Source of the DNA: Desulfosoma sp.
Lineage (GTDB): Bacteria; Desulfobacterota; Syntrophobacteria; Syntrophobacterales; DSM-9756
Direction of reading: 5' to 3'
Assembly (NCBI GenBank): GCA_037481835.1
Contig: JBBFKW010000014.1
Span: 32,001 to 96,000, forward strand
Length of the DNA: 64,000 nucleotides
In this document: in pieces, positions 38,437 through 47,890 of the stretch
Layout: each line of letters opens with the position of its first letter
Numbering within the stretch: the first letter of the stretch is position 1
Made by a program: the position numbers and the translations under genes
Notes under the pieces: generated by a model
Databases searched by the model: none
Seen by the model: only the letters and a program-made list of their open reading frames with translations
What the model was told of the DNA's origin: nothing

Positions 38437-39801
38437 ATGAAGGAAAGGCCGTCTTTTTTCCGGGTTCGGATCGAAGTTTTGGCGGGTCTCATCTCTGTTT
38501 TCCTTGTGTCGGCGGCCCTTTCGGCCCAAGGGGCGGACGGTCCCTCAGCCGGGCCGCTCACCCTGGACCAAGCCCTCCAGGAAGCCCTGGCGAACCATCA
38601 CCTGATCCGAGAGGCCGAGGAGTTGGAAAAGGCGGCGGCGGCCGACGAAAAGAGCGCCCAGGCCGCCTTGAAGCCGTCCCTGGCGGCCCGTTACCAATAC
38701 TTTCGCCTGGAAGACAACCCGTACGCCATTTTTCGAACGGATTTGGGCGTTCAACAGGTGAACATGGGCCATCGAGGCACCTATACCTGGGATGTGACGC
38801 TCACCCAGCCCCTTTTTACCGGCTATGCCCTTTCCACGAAAAAGAAGATCGCCTCCCTGGATGTGGCGCTCACCCAGGTACAAAAGGAAATGGCCGTCCT
38901 GGATGTGATCAAGCACGTGAAGACGGCCTACTTTCGCGTCCTTTTGGCGCAGCGTTTCCTCGACGTGGCGCAGGAGGAAGTGCAGCAGCTTGCGGCGCAC
39001 CTGGAGGACGCCCGGCGCTTTTACAACCAGGGGCTTATTCCCTACAACGACGTGTTGAAATCTCAGGTGGCCCTGGCCCAAGCCCAGCAGGTGCGCGTGC
39101 GACGGCACAAAGACCTGGAAATCGCCTCGGCGGACCTGAACCGCCTCCTGGGGCGGGATCTCTCGCAGCCCGTTCGCTTGCAAGACGTGCCCGTCTTTTC
39201 GGAAAAGGGCCAGGCCCTGGAGGAGCTCACCGCTGAAGCCGTGAAGTCTCGGCCGGAACTCAACATCCTGAAGCTTGAGGTGGAAAAGGCGACGGAGGCG
39301 GTGCGGCTGGCCGCCAGCGATCTTTACCCAAAGGTTTTCGCTGTGGGCTCCTACGAAAGAACAGGCAAGGACCCTTTGGGGGAGGAAAACGATTATCGCA
39401 ATCCGGACACGGCCGCCGTGGGTGTTCGCCTGGATTGGTCGGTTTTCGAATGGGGCAAAACCCAATCCCAGGTGCGCCGGCAGCGGGCCGCCCTGAAAGC
39501 CGTGCAGGAAAGGCTCGCCGACATCGAAAACAGCGTGCGCCTCGAAGTCAAGGCCGCTCTGGGTGACGTCCAGGTGGCCGAAGAAAACATCCAGACGGCC
39601 CGCAAGGCCCTGGAACAGGCCGAGGAAAACCTCAGGATGACACGCCTTCAGTATCAACAGCAAGTGACGACGGTGACCGAAGTGCTGGATGCGAGAACCT
39701 ATCTCACCCAGGCCGAAGCCAATTACTACGCGGCGCACTACGGCCGGCATATCGCTCAGGCGGAATTGGAACGGGCCGTCGGCCGCCGTGTGCTCCAGTA
39801 G
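38437..39801 (+). CDS. TolC-family outer-membrane efflux protein
   Basis: Signal peptide; LTLDQALQEAL, LTQPLFTG, VKTAYF, VLDAR..L.QAE; first gene of the RND operon. Confidence 0.92.
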   Translation: MKERPSFFRVRIEVLAGLISVFLVSAALSAQGADGPSAGPLTLDQALQEALANHHLIREAEELEKAAAADEKSAQAALKPSLAARYQYFRLEDNPYAIFRTDLGVQQVNMGHRGTYTWDVTLTQPLFTGYALSTKKKIASLDVALTQVQKEMAVLDVIKHVKTAYFRVLLAQRFLDVAQEEVQQLAAHLEDARRFYNQGLIPYNDVLKSQVALAQAQQVRVRRHKDLEIASADLNRLLGRDLSQPVRLQDVPVFSEKGQALEELTAEAVKSRPELNILKLEVEKATEAVRLAASDLYPKVFAVGSYERTGKDPLGEENDYRNPDTAAVGVRLDWSVFEWGKTQSQVRRQRAALKAVQERLADIENSVRLEVKAALGDVQVAEENIQTARKALEQAEENLRMTRLQYQQQVTTVTEVLDARTYLTQAEANYYAAHYGRHIAQAELERAVGRRVLQ

Positions 39802-39812
39802 AGGGGATGGGC

Positions 39813-40952
39813 ATGGAAGAAAAGCCGAAGGAAAGAGCCTCCCGGCCTGCGGGCGTATGGGTCGCCCTGGGCGTTGCGGCGGCCCTTGTCATGGTCAGTG
39901 CCTTTAACGTGGTGCGTATGCGCAGCCGGGTCTCGGAAACCAAGGAAGTGACCGCCGTGGTACCCGTTGCAGTCCGTGCCGCACGCATGGCCGTGGTGGA
40001 AGAAGCCCTCAAGACCACCGGGGACCTTGTCCCCATTCAAGATATCTACCTCTACCCGGCCGTGCCGGGAAAGAAGGTGCAGCAGGTGTTTTTCGAGCGC
40101 GGCCAGCCTGTGCCGGAAAACGCCCTGGTGGTGAAGCTCGACGATGCGGAAATGGCGGCGCGGTTGCAGCAAGCCGAAGCGGCGGTCAGAGCGGCGCGCA
40201 CCCAGGTGGAGCTTCTGGAAAAGGATCGGGCGCGGTTCGAAGGCCTCTACCGCGAAAAAGCCATTGCCAAGCAACGCCTGGATCACATTCAGGCGGAACA
40301 TCGGGCGGCCCAGGCGCGCCTTGCGGAAGCGCAGGCGGCGCTCAGGGCCCTTGGGGAAATCCATCGGGATTTTTATTTGCGCTCGCCCATCCGGGGTGTT
40401 CTCGCCGATCGCTACCTGGATCCCGGGAACCTGACGGATACCAGGAAACCCATTGTGCGGATCACGGACGAAACCGTCCTCAAGGTGGTCTTCCACGTGC
40501 CGGAAAAGGATTTCGTCCTGGTGCGCTCCGGCATGAAAGGATCCTGCCGGCTGGATGCCTATCCCGATCGGGTGTTCGAAGGGACCCTGAACGTGGCCTC
40601 TCCGGTCTTGGATCCTCGAACCCGAACGGCCATGGCCGAACTGCACGTCCCGAACCCGGACCTCACCCTGCGTTCGGGAATGTTCGCCCACGTGACCGTC
40701 CCGTTGGCGAGGAGGGAAACCCTCGTGGTGGATCGAGACGCCGTGGTGCGCATGCCCGGAACGGGCCAGCCTTACGTCTTTGTGGTGGAAGAAGGCAAGG
40801 CCCGCATGCGCAACGTGCGACTCGGCGCGGAACAGGAAACCGTGGTGGAAGTCCGGGAAGGGCTCCGCCCCGGGGATGCGGTGATCGTAAAGGGGCAGAA
40901 CCGGGTCGCGGATGGATCATCCGTCGAAATCACCGCCTCGGATGCCTCCTGA
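39813..40952 (+). CDS. RND periplasmic adaptor (MFP)
   Basis: N-terminal TM; LRSPIRGV, LDPRTRT..NPDLTLRSGMF, GLRPGD.VIV.GQ. Confidence 0.92.
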   Translation: MEEKPKERASRPAGVWVALGVAAALVMVSAFNVVRMRSRVSETKEVTAVVPVAVRAARMAVVEEALKTTGDLVPIQDIYLYPAVPGKKVQQVFFERGQPVPENALVVKLDDAEMAARLQQAEAAVRAARTQVELLEKDRARFEGLYREKAIAKQRLDHIQAEHRAAQARLAEAQAALRALGEIHRDFYLRSPIRGVLADRYLDPGNLTDTRKPIVRITDETVLKVVFHVPEKDFVLVRSGMKGSCRLDAYPDRVFEGTLNVASPVLDPRTRTAMAELHVPNPDLTLRSGMFAHVTVPLARRETLVVDRDAVVRMPGTGQPYVFVVEEGKARMRNVRLGAEQETVVEVREGLRPGDAVIVKGQNRVADGSSVEITASDAS

Positions 40953-41054
40953 AGACGGAACCCACGTGCCGCAATGAGCGTTCCCGAAGCGCCGGCCCCG
41001 ATGAAGCGGAAAGATCGAGTGCTCTTTCTCTTGTGCGTGTGAGACAGACCCATC

Positions 41055-44000
41055 ATGCGACTGCCCGAATTTGCCGTCCGTCAACCCGTCGCCACCTTGA
41101 TGCTGCTCCTCGCAGGCCTTCTTTTGGGGATCATGTCCCTTGTGCGCCTCAGCGTGGACATGTTCCCGGACATCAGCCCTCCGGTGGTTTCCATCCTGAC
41201 CACATGGCCGGGAGCCAGCGCGTCCGATGTGGAAACGGAAGTCACAAAGATCATCGAAGACCAGGTGAACGCCGTCAGCAACCTGGATACCCTGACGTCC
41301 AAGTCCTTGGACAACCTCTCCGTCGTCGTGTGCCGGTTCAACTGGGGGACGAACCTTTCCGTGGCCACCAACGACATCCGGGATTGGCTGGAAAGGGCCA
41401 AAAGGGACCTGCCGCCCGACGCCGAATCGCCCATGCTCTACAAGTTCAGCAGCGCCACGGCCCCCATCTTTTTCATCACGGTGACGGGAGAAACCAGCTG
41501 GCCCCGCTTGTACCACCTCGTGGACAAACGCATCTCGGACGAACTCAAAAGGGTTCCCGGCGTCGGGGCGATCCAGCTTTACGGAGGGCTGAGGCGCCGC
41601 ATCAACGTCTATTTCGACCTGGAAAAGGTGGAAGGATATCGCCTGTCGCTGGAGCAGGTGAACCGGGTGCTTGCTGCGGAAAACGTCAACATTCCGGCGG
41701 GAAGCGTTAAAGCGGGACAGAGAGAATACTTCGTGCGCGTGCCCGCCCGGTTTGGCGACGCCCGAGAAATGGAACGAACCGTCATAGGCTTTCACGAAGG
41801 GCGTCCGGTGTATTTGAAGGACATTGCCCGGGTGGAAGACGATTTCAAGCCCATGGAACTCAACGGCTGGGGGGACGGCAAGCCCGCCATCGTGCTCATT
41901 TTGCAAAAGCAGACGGGCGAAAATACTGTGGAAGTATCCCGAAGGGTGCGGGCGAAAATCGACGAAATCCAAAGGAGCCTCCCGACCGATGTGCGCATCC
42001 ACATCGTCATGGAAACGGCGGAAAACATCCTCACTTCCATCAAAAACCTTCGCAGCTCCCTCTACTACGGCATCCTCCTCGTCGTGCTGGTCACCGTGGT
42101 CTTTCTCCGCCAGATCCGATCGGCGCTCATCATTGCCTTGAGCATCCCCTTTTCTTTGATTCTCTCCTTCATCTTCCTGTTTCTTTTCGGCTACACCATC
42201 AACCTCATTTCCCTCATGTCCCTGGCCATTGCTTCCGGCATGGTGGTGGACAACGGGATCGTCGTCCTGGAAAACATCGTCCGGTACATGGAACGGGGCA
42301 CCCGGCGGACCTCGGCGGCCATGTTCGGGGCGGGGGAAATGGGGCTCGCCATTACGGCATCCACCCTCACCACCGTGGTGGTTTTCGTCCCGCTCATGTT
42401 TCTCACGGGCCTGGCGGGCATCATGTTCAAACAGCTGGGCTTCGTCGTGGTGGTCACCCTCATGGCCTCCCTGTTCACGGCCCTGACCCTGACCCCCATG
42501 CTGTGTTCCCAGTGGCTTCACCGGAGGCATTTCCAACCGGATCGGCACAAGGGCCTTGTGGGCAAACTGTACCGGGGCAGCGAAGCGGCCTTCCAGGCCG
42601 TGGAACGTTTTTACGAGGCGTCCCTGCAATGGGCGCTGCGCCACGGCAAGACAACCCTTTTTCTCGCCTTCGCCCTCTTTGCCAGCAGCCTGTCTTTGAT
42701 TCCCTTTCTGTCCACGTCCTTCATGCCCGAGGTGGACAGCGGGGACGTGCTCGTGGACTTTCGCCTTGCCGAAGGGACCCGGATCGAAGAAACCAACCGG
42801 GTGGTGGAAGCCATCCTGGAAAACATCGAAAGGATCGTGAGACCCGAAGAGTTTCGCCATTCCTACGCCTTTGCCGGCCAGTCCGAGGAAGGCATCGGGG
42901 TCGCCTTGGGGTTCGAAGAAGGGGCCAACGTGGGGTCCATCGGGTTCAAACTGGTGGATCGGGACAAGAGGGATCGAAGCGCCAAGGAAATTGCGGCGCT
43001 TCTTCGCAAGGAAGTCATCAAGATCCCGGGGATCAGCCGGATCATGGTGAGCGCCCAGGATCCCATCGCCCAAATCCTTAAGGGCCGCGGCAAAGCCATC
43101 TCCCTGGAGATTCAAGGGGCGGACATGGACGTCCTCATGGGGACGGCCGAACGGATTGAAAAGATCTTTCTTTCCATGGAAGGCCTCGTGGATGTGGAGA
43201 TCAGCCAGAAGCCTCCGCGTCCCGAACTGTGGGTCGTCATCGATCGGGAAAAGGCGGCCTCCCTTGGGCTTCGGGTGGCCCAGGTGGCGGACATCCTGAG
43301 AAACTTCTTCTACGGCAAGACGGCGAGCCTTTATCGGGACGCCGGGGACAGCTTCGATATCTTTACGCGCCTTTCAGAAGACGACAAGAACCGGCTGGAA
43401 AACCTTCTTCGCTCTCCGGTGCCCTTGCCCGACGGCCGAACGGTGCAGCTCAGGAACTTCGTCACCCTGCGGGAAGGCAGCGGGCCCATCGAGATCGAAC
43501 GCAAAAACCGGCAGAAGATCGTCAAGGTTGAAGCGGACTTGTTGGGCCGCTCCTTGGGTTCGGCCAGTGCCGAATTGCGCGAACGGCTGGCGTCCCTGGA
43601 CATCCCCGAAGGGGTGAGCCTGTCTTTTGGCGGGGATGTGGAGGAGCAGCAGAAGGCGTTTCGCGAATTGACCATCCTTTTCGTCTTGGGCATCGTGCTC
43701 GTCTACATGGTCATGGCGTCCCTTTTCGGCAATCTGAGGGACCCGCTGATCATCATGTTTTCCGTCCCCTTCGCCGTAAGCGGCGTGCTCTACGCCTTCT
43801 ACTTCACGGGAACGACCCTGGGGGTCGTCTCCTTCATGGGTGTGGTCATGCTCTTGGGGATTGTGGTCAATAACGCCATTGTCCTCCTGGACTACACGCA
43901 CCTTCTGGAAAAAAGAGGGCTGGGTCTTTTCGAAGCCGTCACCCAAGCCGGACGAAACCGCCTGCGCCCCGTGCTCATGACCACCCTCACCACCTTTTTC

Positions 44001-44168
44001 GGGATGCTGCCCATGGCCGTCTCCACCAGCGTGGGCGCGGAAACATGGAATCCCCTGGGGATCACCATGCTGGGGGGCTTGAGCCTTTCCAGCGCGGTGA
44101 CCCTCATTGTGGTTCCCACGTTTTACTACCTTCTGGAAAAGCGTCGCCGTGCTCTAAAAGGGCCGTGA
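41055..44168 (+). CDS. RND efflux permease (AcrB/AcrD/AcrF family)
   Basis: 1037 aa; GMVVDNGIVVLEN, ASTLTT..VF.P, GIVVNNAIVL, RLRPVLMTTLTT. Confidence 0.95.
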   Translation: MRLPEFAVRQPVATLMLLLAGLLLGIMSLVRLSVDMFPDISPPVVSILTTWPGASASDVETEVTKIIEDQVNAVSNLDTLTSKSLDNLSVVVCRFNWGTNLSVATNDIRDWLERAKRDLPPDAESPMLYKFSSATAPIFFITVTGETSWPRLYHLVDKRISDELKRVPGVGAIQLYGGLRRRINVYFDLEKVEGYRLSLEQVNRVLAAENVNIPAGSVKAGQREYFVRVPARFGDAREMERTVIGFHEGRPVYLKDIARVEDDFKPMELNGWGDGKPAIVLILQKQTGENTVEVSRRVRAKIDEIQRSLPTDVRIHIVMETAENILTSIKNLRSSLYYGILLVVLVTVVFLRQIRSALIIALSIPFSLILSFIFLFLFGYTINLISLMSLAIASGMVVDNGIVVLENIVRYMERGTRRTSAAMFGAGEMGLAITASTLTTVVVFVPLMFLTGLAGIMFKQLGFVVVVTLMASLFTALTLTPMLCSQWLHRRHFQPDRHKGLVGKLYRGSEAAFQAVERFYEASLQWALRHGKTTLFLAFALFASSLSLIPFLSTSFMPEVDSGDVLVDFRLAEGTRIEETNRVVEAILENIERIVRPEEFRHSYAFAGQSEEGIGVALGFEEGANVGSIGFKLVDRDKRDRSAKEIAALLRKEVIKIPGISRIMVSAQDPIAQILKGRGKAISLEIQGADMDVLMGTAERIEKIFLSMEGLVDVEISQKPPRPELWVVIDREKAASLGLRVAQVADILRNFFYGKTASLYRDAGDSFDIFTRLSEDDKNRLENLLRSPVPLPDGRTVQLRNFVTLREGSGPIEIERKNRQKIVKVEADLLGRSLGSASAELRERLASLDIPEGVSLSFGGDVEEQQKAFRELTILFVLGIVLVYMVMASLFGNLRDPLIIMFSVPFAVSGVLYAFYFTGTTLGVVSFMGVVMLLGIVVNNAIVLLDYTHLLEKRGLGLFEAVTQAGRNRLRPVLMTTLTTFFGMLPMAVSTSVGAETWNPLGITMLGGLSLSSAVTLIVVPTFYYLLEKRRRALKGP

Positions 44169-44192
44169 TCCGCCGGCGTTTTGAGGTGATCC

Positions 44193-44489
44193 ATGGACAT
44201 GTACTGGATTTTCTACGATGCCTCCTTTGACGAAGACGTCATGGAAACCTTGGACCACTGTTGCGTGACGGGCTTTACCAAGTGGGACCGCGTCCTGGGC
44301 AAGGGCCCTCATGCCGTGCCCAAGATGGATAACGCCGTCTGGCCCGGGTACAACTGCGCCGTTCTCGTCGCCGTCCCCGACGAGGAGAGCAGCCGGCTGA
44401 AGACGTCCTTGCAGGAGCTGAGAAGGAATCTGGGAGGCCGCGGCATGGAAATCTTCCGCATGGCCGCCGAACGCATTGAAGATCGTTGA
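44193..44489 (+). CDS. PII-like transporter-associated small protein (PG0541-like)
   Basis: 98 aa; GFTKW..V.GKG...P.M..AVWPG.N pattern; 24 bp after the RND gene; GAGG RBS. Confidence 0.75.
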   Translation: MDMYWIFYDASFDEDVMETLDHCCVTGFTKWDRVLGKGPHAVPKMDNAVWPGYNCAVLVAVPDEESSRLKTSLQELRRNLGGRGMEIFRMAAERIEDR

Positions 44490-44651
44490 GCGCCCCGTGC
44501 CGCACGGAGCCGCTCGGGGATCGCCTCGCCGTGGCGCCGCCACACCTGGGGCCGGCGCAATCCGACCCACCGGTACCGAGCCGGCCGGGACGCCATGCCA
44601 ACCGGAGCCCGTCGGCAGAAAGACGCCGCGATGATGGCACGCCTTCGGCCT

Positions 44652-45290
44652 TCAAGGGAGTCGGCGTTCCGTGATGCCCTCGGGGCCGATGCGGACCATG
44701 AAAAAGGGAGGGGCGGCATCCAAAGTGTTTTCGGCGCGGCGCCGGAGCAGCTCTTCCATGAGCTTTTCCGCCGCCTGCAGGTCTTCCGGCGTCCCGGAAA
44801 GCCGACTCACCCGCACTTCAAACCCCATGTGCCTCGGAATCGCCAAAGCGGAACCCAAGGCGATGCGTTCCACGGGTGCTCCGGCCGACTCCGCCCCGAG
44901 AAGCATCCAATGGGTGGACGGCGGATCGGAACGCAGGGAAACACCCGCAAGAAGAAGGTAATACCGGTCCAGCTCGGTCTCTTGCGGCCCGGAGCACTGA
45001 TCCGGGCTGCGCTGCAGAAGAGCGGCGTGGGCCCGGGCGAAGGGCAACGCCTTGGGAAAGATCCCTTCCACGTCCCAGAGGGCCTGGGATCGCACCGACT
45101 CGGCGAAACGATGTGTCAAAGCCAGCCCGATCCCAGCCCCTCCCGAAAGCATGACGACGGAAGGGGAAAGGTGGACGATCTTGCGCACCGTCTTTCTTTC
45201 CCAGCCTCCTTGGGCATCGGGGCACAGGGCCAAACTGTCTGTGGCCAAGAGGATCGTCTGCGGTGTATGGTAGCCGAAAATTTGGGTCAT
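44652..45290 (-). CDS. Proteasome-beta-like Ntn hydrolase (putative)
   Basis: After Met removal Thr1 and Asp17 (TQIFGYHTPQTILLATDS), RKIVHL and SGGAG match the beta-subunit pattern; AAGGAG RBS. Confidence 0.65.
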   Translation of the reverse strand: MTQIFGYHTPQTILLATDSLALCPDAQGGWERKTVRKIVHLSPSVVMLSGGAGIGLALTHRFAESVRSQALWDVEGIFPKALPFARAHAALLQRSPDQCSGPQETELDRYYLLLAGVSLRSDPPSTHWMLLGAESAGAPVERIALGSALAIPRHMGFEVRVSRLSGTPEDLQAAEKLMEELLRRRAENTLDAAPPFFMVRIGPEGITERRLP

Positions 45291-45374
45291 GGATGGCTCC
45301 TTTGGATGGAAACGGCCCGCTCGACCCCGTGTCGGGCGTTCTTAACTCCATAACACGTTCGCAAGGGGGAGGTC

Positions 45375-46007
45375 ATGGATTTTGCGCAGCCGCAAGGAAC
45401 CCGGGGCGCATGCCGCATCGAACTGGAAGGGGGGGACGCCTTGGGCGCCTTGTTTCCGTGGTTTCAGTCCGGCGTCTGGGTGGTTCTTCCATCTGCCATG
45501 AGCGTCGAAGACCTTCTGACCCGACATTGGGGCTTGTCCCGAGACTTTGTGGAAAGCCGCGTGGGAACGGTTTTTCTCAACGGGATTCCCGTGGACGCCT
45601 TGGACGCCGCCCGCCTGGAAGACGGCGATGACCTGGCCCTTTCCGGACCCATGCCGGGGCTTGCCGGAGCCATCCTCAGGAAGAACAGCCCCTTGGCCGG
45701 GTTGCGCCATAAGCAAACCCATCCCATGCACGCGCCTTCCCGGGAGGCGTCCGAAATGCAGCGCATCCGCGTCAAGCTGTTCAACCAACTCATCGACGAC
45801 CTGGGTCCGGTTCTGCTCCGGCGAGGCATCCTTTTGGAAAGGGATCAACTCCTCGAGTGCCTGCGCGCCTGGGATCAATCCGCTCGACCCAAACCTCGAA
45901 GGGTGCTTTGGAACACGGAGGAAGTCACCCTCGATTATTTGAGCCATGAATTAAATAACGTATCAGACGATCCGATCCTCATCGTCGGCGAACCATTTCT
46001 GAATTGA
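45375..46007 (+). CDS. Hypothetical protein with a probable internal beta-grasp (MoaD/ThiS/Ubl-like) domain
   Basis: SVEDLL...GL...VFLNGIPV...LEDGDDLALS; GGAGG RBS. Confidence 0.7.
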   Translation: MDFAQPQGTRGACRIELEGGDALGALFPWFQSGVWVVLPSAMSVEDLLTRHWGLSRDFVESRVGTVFLNGIPVDALDAARLEDGDDLALSGPMPGLAGAILRKNSPLAGLRHKQTHPMHAPSREASEMQRIRVKLFNQLIDDLGPVLLRRGILLERDQLLECLRAWDQSARPKPRRVLWNTEEVTLDYLSHELNNVSDDPILIVGEPFLN

Positions 46008-46055
46008 CCCGGCAAGAACGACGGATACGTCTCAGATCTTGGGAAGACGACCGTT

Positions 46056-46391
46056 TTGATGATCGGCCTTGTTTTCGTCACCGTGCTCTTCGCCCCGCCG
46101 GCGCTCAGGGCCGACCCGGGCCCAACGGCCGCCTACGGAAAGTGCGTGGAAAAACATATCGCGCGGGCGGAAAAGAAGACGGATCTCAAGGACAGCCGCT
46201 CCGAAACCTTGCAGCGATGTGGCGGGGAAGCGCAAGAGAAAGCCGAGTGGTATCGCCGAAACAAAGTCGCCTTGGTGGAGGCCATGGGGGCGGCGCACGT
46301 GAAACCGGCCGGGCCTCACATGGACTACTTCCTCATCAAGGCCTATCAAGAGGGACACACCGGGGGATCTCTTGACTCCACAGGTCGATAG
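46056..46391 (+). CDS. Hypothetical exported protein
   Basis: Hydrophobic N-terminus ending ALRA and two Cys; weak start; 3' end overlaps the photolyase 3' end. Confidence 0.45.
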   Translation: MMIGLVFVTVLFAPPALRADPGPTAAYGKCVEKHIARAEKKTDLKDSRSETLQRCGGEAQEKAEWYRRNKVALVEAMGAAHVKPAGPHMDYFLIKAYQEGHTGGSLDSTGR

Positions 46392-47851
46392 CGGCCGAGA
46401 TAGTCTTCCATGCGGATCTTTCGGACGGTGCTTTCCGAAGACATGTAGCGGATTTTTCCGAACACGGGACGTTCGGGACCCCAGGGCCGGTCATAGCGGC
46501 CGAGGATCCAAAAGATGCCGCTGTAGGAATTGGGGTCACGGCCGTCCAAGGCGTATCGGTTGTTCAGCTCGATCATGATTTCCAGGGCTTCCCGAGGCGA
46601 GCGGCTCCAGTGGAGGATCTTTTTCCCCCATAACATGCGAAGATAATTGTGGATCACGCCTTCTTCCAGGAGCTGGATCTGTGCGGCGTTCCAGACGGGA
46701 TCGTGCGTCCGGGCCTCCGCAAACTGTTCCAGGCTGTATAGGTAAGGGCGCGGGTCACCGGAGTGTTTATCCAGCGTCTCCGCAGCCCAGGCGGGCAAGG
46801 ATTCATAAGTGTCGAAGCGCGGTTCGTAGCGGCACATGGTGAACCCCAGTTCGCGCCATGTGATGAGCTGATCCAAAAACGCCTCGGCGCCTTCGCTGAG
46901 GCCCCACCACCCCTGGCGGGACCCCGCCGCTCGCGCGGAGAGCCTGTCCGGCGACCATCCTTCTTGTTCGCACACGGCCCAAAACACTTCATGGGCGCCG
47001 ATATGGCCGAAGTGGAGGTAGGGCGACAGGCCGCTTGTGGCCTCCTCGTCGGGATGGTTTCGATCCACGGCGTAGCGGGATAATTTGCAATGGAGAAAAT
47101 CCCGCAGGCGCCTTCTCGCCGCTTCCGTGCCGCCACAAGCGCTGCAGGCCCCCACCCGGTGATCCACGGGCAGGGACGACACCAGGGCGGGAATGTCCGC
47201 CATTGCCTCATCTGCGCACGGCGGCCACCGTTTGGGGATATCGCCGAGATCGACGTCCGGGCGCTTCCGAGGGAGCCGATCCAAAGGGTTTGCCGCAGGC
47301 TGCCATGGAAGATGTTTTTTCAAGGCGCCTTGAAGGTATCGTCTGAAGGCGAAGGCGGTTGCGAAAGCTTTGCCGGGGGCATCCAACGGAAGGAGGCCGT
47401 TGGCGTCCACTTTTTCCAAGAGCACGTCCAGCTTTCGGCCTGCGGCTTCAACGGCTCGCGGGATGAAGAAGGCGGGAAAGTCGTCCGTGACGACGACGCA
47501 GGCGCGCCGGCCGAGGGCGTGCAGGAGGCCCTTTCCTTCCCCCGGGGTTCTTTCCACGTAGGGGTAATAAAGCGCCGAGCCGGAACGGGCGCGCGCCGCG
47601 TTTTCCCGCATGCCCTGAAGAATGAAGGTGTGAAACCGATCGCTCGCCCAGGGGTAATCGCAACGCAAGGCTTCCAGGATGATCAGCGGTTTTCCCAGCT
47701 TCAGAGCCCACCACACGGCGCGATCCAGCGCGCCGTTTCCCGAAAGTCGCCGATAGGCCGTCATCCAGTAGAGCACATAGTCCCCATGAGGTCGCCACGG
47801 ATGGGGGTTCACGGCGCGAACGCGTTCGGCGGGAACTTGGATCTCTTTCAT
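46346..47851 (-). CDS. phrB: Class II CPD DNA photolyase
   Basis: YVLYWM, SGLSPYLHFG, HNYLRMLWGKKIL, NNRYALDGRDPNSY, DRPWGPER.VFGKIRYMS. Confidence 0.9.
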   Translation of the reverse strand: MKEIQVPAERVRAVNPHPWRPHGDYVLYWMTAYRRLSGNGALDRAVWWALKLGKPLIILEALRCDYPWASDRFHTFILQGMRENAARARSGSALYYPYVERTPGEGKGLLHALGRRACVVVTDDFPAFFIPRAVEAAGRKLDVLLEKVDANGLLPLDAPGKAFATAFAFRRYLQGALKKHLPWQPAANPLDRLPRKRPDVDLGDIPKRWPPCADEAMADIPALVSSLPVDHRVGACSACGGTEAARRRLRDFLHCKLSRYAVDRNHPDEEATSGLSPYLHFGHIGAHEVFWAVCEQEGWSPDRLSARAAGSRQGWWGLSEGAEAFLDQLITWRELGFTMCRYEPRFDTYESLPAWAAETLDKHSGDPRPYLYSLEQFAEARTHDPVWNAAQIQLLEEGVIHNYLRMLWGKKILHWSRSPREALEIMIELNNRYALDGRDPNSYSGIFWILGRYDRPWGPERPVFGKIRYMSSESTVRKIRMEDYLGRYRPVESRDPPVCPS

Positions 47852-47890
47852 ATCATTGGACTTCTTTGATTTTCCGCCATGGGTCCCGTT

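Noticed and set aside
45375..46391. Selenocysteine or readthrough fusion at TGA 46005-46007 (the next ORF is in the same frame)
   Set aside because: No convincing SECIS-like hairpin or redox motif; the downstream part looks like a separate exported protein; same frame occurs one time in three by chance.
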